Positions 1 through 11,292 of a DNA stretch of 63,999 nucleotides are shown one piece after another (within the stretch, counting starts at the first letter, position 1; each line of letters starts with the position of its first letter). This DNA comes from Mizuhopecten yessoensis. Its lineage: Eukaryota. Location: contig NW_018408856.1 of NCBI RefSeq assembly GCF_002113885.1, positions 506,247 to 570,245 of the forward strand, given 5' to 3'. The position numbers were made by a program, and so were the translations under genes. The notes under the pieces were generated by a model. It saw only the letters and a program-made list of their open reading frames with translations, ran no database searches and was not told the DNA's origin.

Positions 1-1164
1 AGGGGAAGGAGTAACGTCATCTCTTCACAATGTGCTGCAAGTTTTGGTGGTGATTCATGTGTATTGTTCAGTACTATTGTTACAATTTTTGAATGACGTA
101 CAATCAATAAAGTATGCAACAAACCTACTTAAAGCATGGACAGTGATTATATAATTGTATCATGTTCTTGTAGTAATTGTTTGACACCATCTTGTTCCAT
201 TTTATGTCAACCCACGTTGTGTCGTATGGGGAAATATTCGACACAAAATCGACTTTCTGCCGAATTCGTTGGCCCACATGGCATGTTTCCTCTTCAACTA
301 TACTGTCTCGGAGGCTATTATTTGAACATCGTATATTCCAATATCTGTCACTCAAACAAATATCACTCTAATTATTATGAAGGAGTACAGTACTGTACAA
401 CGTGTCAATATTTTACCTCAGGTAACTCTACTTGTGTAGCCATGTTGTCCGAAATCCAATATGGGTTCCAGTCACATGGGGTACCGGCATTGAAAACGAG
501 GCTGTGAAAGCTTTTGCCTCTATATAAATTGAAGAAATTGTTGAAAATATTGTAAAATAGCTTATAAAATCGGAAATTGTGTAGATTTCCTTCCTTGGGT
601 AAATGTGAGGTTTTTGCTAACTAATAAAATTGCTTTATATGCAATTACATTATTTCAGGAAATTCAAGGTTAACAATGTTAATCAAATATAGTGCAAGGG
701 AAGTAATCCAAATGATACAATATAATATACCAAAGAACCGCATAGAAAATCAAATCTTAAATCGGCATTTAAAATTGTTTTATAGCTGGTAGATAAAATA
801 ACCTTGTATGTTATCAAAATCTTAAGGATTTGATAGCTTACCTTAAGTGCTTTTTTCGTTCAAATTCTTTTAGAAAGAATAATTGCAAATCGATGCTGCG
901 TCACGCTTGGTAATTTTCATTGAAAACAGATGCCGCATGCAAAACCGTGTTATTCAGTTTTTATCATTATTTATTGTTTTTCATTACATTCCGCCCCTTT
1001 ATCCACCTCCCCATCGCACACACTTTCAATATATTTGATCATTTTTTCGCAGTTTAATAGTCCACTACCCTTGCGGTAATGGAATCAAATGTTACTTTTT
1101 TTTGTCACGGAATGATAAGCACCCTCTAACCCTTTCTTGGTCCTTCATCATAATTTAGTACGAA

Positions 1165-1202
1165 CACGGACTTAGATAGCAGAGGACTTATCTAATTCCG
1201 TG
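1165..1202. mobile_element. 38-bp micro-MITE with 7-bp TSD
   Basis: GTACGAA|CACGGACTTAGATA..TATCTAATTCCGTG|GTACGAA. Confidence 0.7.
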
Positions 1203-2179
1203 GTACGAACAAGCTTGAACAAATAGTGTTTATAATGTTACAAGATCATTGTAATTATTTTAAATTTCTGTCTAAGCTAGCGCACGTGGCACTTATTCGG
1301 TCAAAAACGGTAATATATGTGTTACTGCATGTAGATATATAGACATCGTACGTGAAGCAATTAACATCTTCCAGAAGGTGTCGCCATAATTAAGGTTACA
1401 GCTGCATGTGTGGTGTTCAACTGGCATGAGTGGTTTTGTTTTGTTTTTATTGGATTTTGCGTCACAACTTGTGACAACTCATTAATAAAGACATAAATAA
1501 AATGTATGCGTGTACTTGTGTGCGCTACGGACGTATTTCACGTGTTTTTTTCAAATAAAAGGATCAACATTTTCTCAAAATCATTTGATTCGTAAATTCA
1601 ACAGAGTTGTATTAAATAATCATAATTGGCACGGCATTATGCATACCTACACATATATAAGCAAATGATGTTTCTATAGTCGGAAAATTAATAAATAAAT
1701 TAGCTAATTAATGTTTTTCCTTCCTGTCGATCGCATTTTTCAAGCCAAAACAGGAAACAAACAAAAATAAGTATAACATTGAGGACTTATATAAGCGTGG
1801 GTATGGATATATTTGCCCAGTCACTCATTCATAAAACAGCGATCGATAAAATGTGACATTTGTAAACACATTACAGCTTAAGCAGACTACGATATGTGCC
1901 ACATAATTGTGGCCAGAATTTGAAATTTAAATTGAGGTTCGATCTGTGTCGGCTTCGTTGTTGTCATGCGTACGCTGTCTTTTAAGAAGATGCATATAAC
2001 AAGTAAAACCGACCCCTGAGTATTCTGACATATTGCTATATCCGACATTCCAATAAAATGCTAATTCTGATAATGATACCTGTGTATTAAGATACCCGGT
2101 CTAATATAACCGGCATGTTAAGATTCCATGTGAGGTCGGATAAGCCGAGTTCCACTGTACAGTGAAACCTAGTTAAACT

Positions 2180-2447
2180 CATCCTCCATACTCCAGGGGC
2201 TACACTCACTTTCGCTCAGTGCAGAGAGCGAAAGTGAGCGTAACCCCTGGAGTACTCTCGCTCAGTGCAGAGAGCGAAAATTAGCGTAACCCCTGGAGTA
2301 CTTTCGCTCAGTGCAGAGAGCGAAAGTGAGCGTAACCCCTGGAGTACTCTCGCTCAGTGCAGAGAGCGAAAATTAGCGTAACTCATGGAGTACTTTCGCT
2401 CAGTGCAGAGAGCGAAAGTGAACGTAACCCCTGGAGTATCGAGGATG
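2180..2447. mobile_element. Internally deleted CATCC-TIR MITE expanded into 5 x 46-bp palindromic tandem units
   Basis: Ends CATCCTCCATACTCCAGGGG / CCCCTGGAGTATCGAGGATG. Units start at 2209, 2255, 2301, 2347, 2393. 9-bp TSD AGTTAAACT/AATTAAACT. Confidence 0.85.
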
Positions 2448-3388
2448 AATTAAACTTGACTCTTGACGTTATTCCTACATACAGCCATATCTGGCATTGA
2501 ATGTTCATACAATTTCTTATAAAAGTTACAGTTGATGCGTGTATTTTTCTAACACCTGTCTACTCCAAACCATTCGTTGGATTCCACAGGGTGTCGGATT
2601 AGAAAGGTTTATTGAATTTAAAGATGTTCCGCAATACCATGTCGTAATGTTATAAGTAAAAGATATGACAAACAAAAGTGTTCAGTAAAATTTTACTTTG
2701 AACAGTGTAAATTTTCAATAAATTGACAACAGTGTCCATGTTTCTTGAATTCAAATAATAATTTTGAGGTCTTTTTTTATGTTTTGGAAAACGATGAAGT
2801 TAAATTACTCATGTATTGCTTTCAAGCAGCAGTTTAACACTGTTTGATAATATTTTGTATACTTGTACTTTTAATATAGATTACAGTGCTGAAATACGTT
2901 TCAGCATAAGAAAGAATGATAATACAATGAAATAGCTAATGAAAAATTCTCTGAATTATTAGAAAATTGAGCATACTGCAGGAATATTTATAAATTAAAA
3001 AAAAGACCGACATATTCCATATATCAGTAAAAATATTTATATATAAAAATGTATAAATGACAGATTATTGTCGTTTGTCAGAAACTTTACACACAAAAAT
3101 ATCGTTAAAAAATCCATATTTAAAACATTTTTAAAAAATCTGAATTTTTAAAAATTACCTAGAGTTTTCTCCAAATTCTGAACATACTCAAATATATATT
3201 TTGTAGATGGAAATATCTGTAATTGCTAAAAACTCATTAAAATCTTAACGTCCTCCATTATATTTTTATGAATTTCCGAAGGTGGTCCACAGGGTGATCC
3301 CCCTTCGCCCTAAGTGTCGCTAAGCAGCCAAGTCCGATCGAATATCTAAATCTTTCGTCATTGTTGAACGGAAATAAATACATCCTCT

Positions 3389-6300
3389 TTACACAGTCTC
3401 CATAATGTCTTCGAGTTTTTCCAGAACAGAGTGACAGGACGATCGGCCATTGGGGTCCTCTACCGTGCATTCCTGAGCAATAGGGTCAATCTCCACGATA
3501 TGGAAGGTTTCGGAAATCTTGTCAACCAAGTAGCCGACGGCGTACAGATCCGAGGCTGGCGTTGAATGATATCCTTGACGTATTTCCGGAGCGTAGTTCT
3601 CAAACTGTTCTAGATAGGCTGGGTCGTTACAGAATTTATATCCTCTTCTGTACGATGCGAGCCCAAGGTCGATGAACCTGTTCGCACACAGAGAAACAAG
3701 TAGTTTCAATCACAGGGATTTGAGAATTTGTTGCAGCTATATTTGGACCAAAAAAAGTGTTCAGAGTAATTTTACACTTTTTAGGGGTTAACCGAAAGTT
3801 GACTCTCGTTTATATCATCATTCGGGTGGCATTTTTATCGAAAGTTTATATAAACCACTAAAACGTGCAAAATTACTCTGAACACATTAGTTTAGGTCCA
3901 AATATATCTGTAACAAATTCTCATGCCCCTGTGTTTCAACAGACATATTTTGATTTTTGGTCTTGCAATTTTTTCTGGAAACCACGGCCAGTGAAATGCA
4001 TTGTTAATATCTTTTCTGATATATTACTATATCTGTCAGGCATTGACAATAAATTAAATTTGTACATGTTTTTTTTTCATTGTCTAAAACATAGAACTGG
4101 AATTGGTACTTTGTAGATGACATTTAATAATATTGAAAGGTAATGTTAAGTAAGCACACATGAACATAACATTCTTTACAGTCAAAATCAGCGAATTTAT
4201 CTTAAATTAAAAAAGAAGGATAAACAACATGAAATAAAGCTGGACAGAAATAAAAAGAATATAAGGAAAGGAAGATAAAAGAAGAATTAGCAACATGAAC
4301 AACAAGTTGATGCCAAAACGTAAGGGGATACAACATGAAAAATATTCCGGCACCAAAATAGTATAGAAAACAACATGAAAACAGTGTTGCACTTTTGTCT
4401 TTACCTGATATTGTTCATATGGTCATTCGAATTGTAGTCGACCAAAATGTTGTCACTTTTGATGTCGTTCAACAACACCTGTTTCTCGTGAATCATTTTG
4501 AGGCCCCAGAACAGCTGGTAACATATGGCTATCCACTTTCTCTTGACAAACACTTCAGACTTATTCCCGAGCAACATTCTAAGGGTGCATCCCCGCGCAA
4601 AGCACTCCTGGATAAGCGAAAGGTCGCTGGAGACAAAAGGCGACTCCATGAGACCAAGACAGAATGGCACGAATTTTGTCGTCTGCAGATAAATTAAAAG
4701 TTTGGCCTCGTGGTAGACGTCGTAAATTGTAGCGGAATCCATTTCAAATTCTTTCACGCAAACATCAAACGGACACTGCTGGTGTTTTGCTAGGTAGACG
4801 CAGCCGAAGCTTCCTCTGCCCAGAACTTCCGTACCGTTTTGGCCTTTTTGGAGTGTGACGTCTTTGGGGTATATCACGGGAATTCTAATATCTGTTAGCG
4901 ATTGAGGTATAGTACCAATGTTGTTGTACCCAAACCTGCTGAACGGAGAGGACGTTGACAGGAACTTCTCGTTGTGGTTGTGGAATGGTAGTTCTGCATG
5001 GTATCTACAAAATAAATCATAGTCATGACGATGCAGTATATTTATTTAGTTTCTTGAAGAATGATCAGATTTTCAAAATAACTGCTTTTATTTGTTCACA
5101 TAGCTGCAGTTTAGATTCAATTCATAAACGCGCTCATCCTCGATACTCCAGGGGTAACGCTCGCTTTCGCTCCATGCATCCCTCGAATATGTCATAGCAA
5201 AATCGAAGGCTCAGTCTGCATTGTGAATGAGACAAGGATACTAGTTTGATCCTTTGAAACGAATCTTGCGGTCGCGTAACGGTAAGACTGACTGGCTTTA
5301 AAATCGCTCCTCTGTAATCTTCAAAGGACATGTATTAATCTAGCGATTGGTCAGGTTATTCACATGAGACTAATCAAATAGCTACATTCTTGCCTTCAAT
5401 TTCGCTATGACATATTCCAGGGGTGCAAAGAGCCAAAGTGAAAACAACCAATTTTTGAACCAAGGGAGTTTTTCTGTAAATATTTTCAATGCATTCTTAC
5501 GGTATATAATGATAAATTGAAAAATAATTGGAAGTTCAAAAATATTTAGTAAGAAAAATATTCTTTCATAAATACATTATTTTCACTGTTCATTCATTTG
5601 CTATGAAGGATTGCTTTTTCATCACGACATGTCAAATAATGAACGTGAACGTAGGAAAATGTGGATAAAAACGGTGAATTTTGAAAAATAGGGGAAATTC
5701 AAAGGTAAATTTTTTGATGAGAAAGTACCTATAGAAATGGTGTACATTAATCCATTAAACCTAAAAAAGGTCTAGTTCTGTATTTTTATTCAACAAAAAT
5801 ATGTCAGAACCTGCCACAAAAAAACACACCTTGTGGAGCCTTTTCAAGGCATTGTGATCTTAGTGGTACCGGTATACATGGATTTTACCCTTTATTCTTT
5901 AAGCTGTGAACTGGCTGTCAAATCCTTAACAATCGATTTCATGTGTTTTTGTATGACCATTGTTGTTATAATTATTGAATAATATATTTTGTTGAATTCA
6001 AATATTCTTCATTTACATATTGTACCTGATAATTCCCTCCCCTTCCGACATCTGTCCAGCCTTGCATTTATCTGATTTCTGCAAGAACTCCTGGCGTTTT
6101 TCTGTGTTGCTACCAACGTTTTGTCCCGCCCCGTGACAAGTTGGCCCCGGGAGGTCGCCGCTACCACATTTCTGGGGCTGAAAATCCCCATAATATACAT
6201 TTATTGGTCCCATCGCTGAGGCATGAGGGGCCAGGCCAGTGTCTCCGGAAGATTCCCTATAAACAATTAAAGCATATATTTCAAATTTTAAAAATCCATG

Positions 6301-9300
6301 ATCAAACTGTACCAAGATTACTTTTTCAGCATCAGCATTAGACCACCTATCTCCATGAAACAAAATGCATCAGTATGTCAGTATCATTAAGATAAGAAAA
6401 GGTCAATATCTGGAGAGAAAAAAAACTAAATAAATACTGATTATTTAAATATCAAATCATAAAATGAAGATGGTATGTAGTAATTTAGTCTTTAAGATTC
6501 CTCAAAGATTGCAAGCCTGTCAGCGAAAATTCTTTTGATCATCACGAAAGGTCAAATATACCGTTATGATGACGACCGACACGTGACGAAATTTACCATT
6601 ATAGCGGTCTATTTAAAAGTTTATCAAAGTTTACACATTTTCGGCCAATGTTTATAGACTTTGAAGAACCCGACTTCTAATATTCATCATTATGAATTTG
6701 ATAAGTTTCATATATAAATATAAAAAAAATCCAACGCCGTAATCGAAGTATGAATATATGTCACCGTTTTTATCAATCAAGTTGTCCTATTAAAATGTTG
6801 TTTTTTTTTCAAAAGATAACTCAATATGTGCTTTTTAAGCAGAGACTTATTATATATACTACGTTAATATATACGTCTCTGCTTTAAGCAACGAAATTAT
6901 TCGGTGAGAGTACAAATTTATCGGTTTCCAGCATTGTTTACAAACACACACTGATTCTCCTAGAGACCCTCATACCACTGTCAAAAACTGTAACTAAGTG
7001 TTGGAAACTGGGTTTTTTTCTGGCATTACTATAACTGTGATAAATCATTTCCGAAAAGAAAACCATACCTTCCGGGACTTTTATAAAAATAAAGAATGGA
7101 GATGAAATTTACAAATATAATCATCAAACGTGTTCTGAATGTAAACATTTCGTGGTGGGCTAGACCGTGTTTCGAACCCTGGACCTAAGACTGTGTCGTT
7201 CTTACTTGATTTGAGCTACCTAGCCAACGGACATGTACGGGCCCAATTTTGGTACAGTATAGGAAAAACCACAGTGCAGTGGGACAGAGATCCTTAATAT
7301 CATTCACCCCTGAAATTTCTTAACGAACTATTCCAACCTTTGAATTGGAAGAGCTCAAATGTGTCTTCAGGGGTGAATGAGTTAAGATCATTTAATGAGT
7401 ATATACCCTGTGCGGACTCCTGCCAATCTCAGCTCCTCTCTTATAAGGTTTTTCACAAAGGCTGATTCCTCCTCGTTTAGCGGCACATCCTTGCCGCCAA
7501 TTTTTACCACAACTGGTTCATTACTGTTCAACTAGGGAGATAATAATACATACATAGATAAATAAATAAATAATAAGATTATCGCATTAAAGGATTGTCT
7601 CAATATTTCTTTTGCTTCTGTGTCCTTTGATTGGAGAACTTTACACTGGCGGTATTATCCACTTTTGCCTTTGCATCCTTCAAAGTTCTACACAATATGT
7701 CGAAGAATTAATTTTCAAATCGCGATTTGATAACATCGAACGGGTTTTTTTGCGTTTCATATCTTTGGATTATAAAATGATTACGAGGAAACCCAACACA
7801 ATATTCTCTGCTTTTGCAAACATCGTTTAAAAGTTTACTTCACAACAATTACTGATATCTTAAAAAAAAAATCAAAATTCATACAAATATAGAATTTTTA
7901 ATCTTTACGACCCATTTATGACCAACAACTGTATACCAATCACAGGGACTTGATAATTTGCTACAGATATAAGAACTCGTATACATATCATCAATTGGGA
8001 TGGCATTTCTACCAAAGTGTGACCTAAACCCCCAAAACGTATAATATTTCTCAGTTTAGGTCCACACCTAATAATAACATTTACAAATTCTCAGGTCCCT
8101 GTGGTGAACTTTTATGGAAGTCAATGAACATGCAAAATCAACCTTAACAACCAGATGATGATCCACAAGGCTATCGGCACCTGAACTAGGTCGGTCACTC
8201 TGGTGAGGTGGGGTCATACGTATCCCGGAGTCCGTTAGTATCCGTACTGGCGATGTATTTGTCCCGAACTCTTCGGTCATAGGTTTAGCCTGGACACCAC
8301 AATCCACGGTTTGTTTAAATACTGCCTGTGACGCGGCGTCTCGGGTTTTAAGGCCAGACCAATAAGTCTGTGATCCACATTCGGTCATGGGTGACGCTGA
8401 TTGAGTCCCGTTGGTGGATGTTGCTGGCCTCATCTATAACAAACACGGACATGAAACAAATCTTGAAAGTCTGTAGACCTAATAAATGATCCTCAACCTC
8501 TAGTTTTGCAGCTGAATACAGGCCTCTTCCCCTGGCTAAAAACGCTATCTATTCTTAAAGCAGGAAAATCTTCCCGTTACTGACAACAAATAACCCACAT
8601 TTTTTTTAAATAAAGTAAGCCTTGTGAATTATTGATTTTAGTCAACTGCCCGTTGATGTTAGTTTGGATTAACTGTTCATGGATTTGAAACAGTAACGGA
8701 AAAAATGCACGGCCTGACCGGGGTTCGAACCCGGGACTCTCCGAATTCTAGACGGCCGCTCCACCAATTGAGCTACCTGATCGCCGACTATCGACCCAGT
8801 CTAGTTCCGCTACGTATTTATATGTGGATGCCGGAAAATAACTTTTGGGTTTTATAATTGGCAGGTAACTATTGTTTCACTCAAATAACACTTTTAGTAG
8901 ATCTTGAACCGCTGAACTGCATTTCGTTTACGGCAACCAGGTGGTTTTAGTTAACGATCCATTAGTTTCTACCTCATTCTCAGTGAATTGTGGTGAAATC
9001 CTTGGAAAGTGAAGATGATACTGCTATAAAATAATCTAAAAAATAAAATTGAATAACCTTACCCTTTTATAAATAGCTTTCTGAACATATTCTGGTATCT
9101 TCTCCTCGGGTGTTCCAACTCCAAGGGTTGTGAGACATTCCTCTTGGCGGGCCCTTTGCCTGAGTTCTTCGTGAAGTCCCTCTCCGGGTTTAGAAATACA
9201 TTTCCATCGGACGACATCGGGTTCGATTTCATTGTCGTCAGGTCCACATAAGTTAAATAGCCCATCTTCACATCCATAATACAACTCGATGTCCAATTCA

Positions 9301-9389
9301 TCGTCGTTACAGGGAGAATATGACGACAGGATGTCATTCATAAAATGGTGTTGTTGAGGCTGAAACCGGCGAAAACATTCATCAGCCAT
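3389..9389 (-). CDS. Divergent non-RD serine/threonine protein kinase, isoform B (~620 aa, 6 exons)
   Basis: Exons 9389-9063, 8433-8143, 7531-7407, 6256-6026, 5004-4405, 3677-3389; all GT-AG, phases 0,0,2,2,2, total 1863 nt. C-terminal kinase domain: LGRGSFGCV (Gly loop), VCVKE (VAIK Lys), alphaC Glu in YHEAKLL, LNDIKSDNIL (catalytic loop), IDLG (DFG position), YAPE, SDLYAVG. An in-frame stop lies just upstream of ATG 9389. Confidence 0.85.
3738..3906. mobile_element. MITE with ~40-bp TIRs in the last kinase intron
   Basis: TATATTTGGACC..GTGTTCAGAGTAATTTT vs AAAATTACTCTGAACAC..GGTCCAAATATA. Confidence 0.75.
5135..5441. mobile_element. CATCC-TIR MITE family copy (long TIRs)
   Basis: Starts CATCCTCGATACTCCAGGGG; inverted arms ..GAATATGTCATAGCAAAATCGAAGGC / GCCTTCAATTTCGCTATGACATATTCC. 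Homologous to 26629-26988 and 17720-18125. Confidence 0.75.
7140..7256 (-). mobile_element. tRNA-containing solo-LTR-like (or SINE) repeat
   Basis: Minus strand TGTACC...GGTAGCTCAAATC...GGGTTCGAAAC...TTTACA. Confidence 0.5.
8692..8814 (-). mobile_element. tRNA-containing solo-LTR-like (or SINE) repeat
   Basis: Minus strand CGTAGCGG...GGTAGCTCAATTGGTGGAGCG...GGGTTCGAACCCCGG...CCGTTAC: A and B boxes embedded ~35 nt from a TG..CA-like terminus. Confidence 0.55.
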
Positions 9390-9897
9390 TTTTCATAGAT
9401 AATGAAACGTTACAATAGATATATTGGTTCAGAATTTGACAGTCTCTCTAGTGAACTAGTTGGAGCTCTCTTGAAAATCTTTGGCCATGGTGAGCATGAT
9501 TTCTCCTTGGGCAAAGCCAAGCCAAGCCCAAGTCTCACAAAGAACGAGGGAGTGTAAGCGATGAAATGTACAGATTGAAGCTAATTTGGTTTGGGGGCAT
9601 GCTTCTTAAAAAAAAAATGAAATCTAGATCTGCTGGGAATTCTGAACTATTTTAGAGTATTGTTCAAAAGCCTTTTCTTTGTTAAATTTATATTGTAGTT
9701 TGTTTAAATTATTTTCCAAAATATATTGTCCCAAGGGAACACTTCTAAATGACATCATGCCAGAAATCGCTGCTGATATTTTAGTTTTGACAGCAGGCCA
9801 TCAAGCCACAGAAGCTAAAGGGACATATTCCCAGTTTTAGGGGCCTTTTGTCACAGGATTGACATTAGTGTCAGAGCTGGTGGAAACGGTAACTTAC

Positions 9898-10184
9898 AAT
9901 TCGATTAGTGACCTGAAACTGCAAGTAATTTATTAAAACTAAACATTCACTGAACAATAAAACAATAATAAAAATATCCTCAATTACAATAACAACAACC
10001 ATGGCGGACTTGACAGTTGATTCTATTTAGAACAGCTGGTCATCTTATATATTCTTACCTGGTTTTGAATCCAGCTGCTTCCAGATTTAGCATATTTTGA
10101 TGGAACAGAAGAAGGCAGTGAATTGACGGAACCATCCGACTGGTTGTCACTACCTTCAACTAACTTTTTCCACATCAAATCCAT
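9898..10184 (-). CDS. Putative alternative 5' coding exons of the kinase (10184-10059 and 15-nt micro-exon 9912-9898)
   Basis: MDLMWKKLVEGSD...WIQNQ ends CAG|gtaaga (phase 0). Then tttcag|GTCACTAATCGAATT|gtaagt (VTNRI, phase 0), compatible with the phase-0 acceptor at 8433. Confidence 0.55.
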
Positions 10185-11292
10185 TTGTCGATTGACATCT
10201 TGCACCTCACACTATTTACTTTAGTTGTCATGGCGTCGTTTGTATCTAAGCGCCTGTGGAACTAACATCAGTATCAATAAATCGCTTAAATAACAAGGAA
10301 ATTCCAAATCAGTGTAAAGCGTCAATGTGACATTGACGTGTTACTAACAAGGATCACTTCGCCCTTTTCCGTCACATTTCACGGAAATGTCCGAGAGCTG
10401 TCTGATACCCACACAGACTGGGCTATCTGCCTTAGGCTACCATTTTTTGCTCCTCTCGACTTCATTTGATACATAAACTCGGTTACTTGTTTAGTATCAT
10501 TTCTCTCCGAAAACTTTCTTCTTTGTTTCACGGTATCATAGTGTCACGGTATTTATGGAACACCGAATTAATATATATCAGTAGTGCCTGCAATGTTCTG
10601 TTCAGATCAGGTGAATATTTGAAGTAGGCCTATATTGGAAATATTATCAGTTACTTGCGCTTAATAATTTCAATTATTTACAGATAAGGCAAATAGAAGA
10701 TATTTTAAATGCAACTGAATATTTCTCTCAATTTATTTGAGAAGACATATAGGTCCATATACTATCTCACATGAACTGGAACTAGACTATATGTTACAAA
10801 AAGTTCTAAAATGAATTGAACTTATTCAAACAAATTGACTCTACCCTGATATGTATTATTCAATTTCAAATAATTGAGTAACAAGAAGTCGATTGACGCT
10901 ATAAGGCATAGACTTTTAAATTGGCGGATAGATAGACGTTCTTATAGTGCAATTTGATTCAAGTATTAGTGAAGATATCTTCAATATTGGAGATAGGTTA
11001 AAAACGACTGCTCAGGATTAATTAAGTTATTAAGTGAGTTACAAGTAAAACATGGCCGTTAATTGATTTAACTTGCATCGAGGGCAGAATATTTTATTTC
11101 ATTAAATATTAAGGCAAAATTGTTTTTTTTTCATTAAAGCAGGGCTCTAATATTAATACTCCATTTATTTTTTGCTAACGATCTACCTCTGAAGCAACCC
11201 CCTACCTCTAAAATCAATGCGTTTATATATATAAGAGTTGTCGAACTTAATGGAAATCTCTAGTCACTGAGGCGGGAAATCCAAACCCAACA

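Noticed and set aside
2209-2438. CRISPR-like palindromic repeats
   Set aside because: No unique spacers, eukaryotic context, no cas genes; the units derive from a MITE terminus.
8085-8142. Longer version of the kinase exon ending at gtaaat (8084)
   Set aside because: It would be phase 1, incompatible with the phase-0 acceptor at 7531; donor 8142 was chosen despite weaker consensus.
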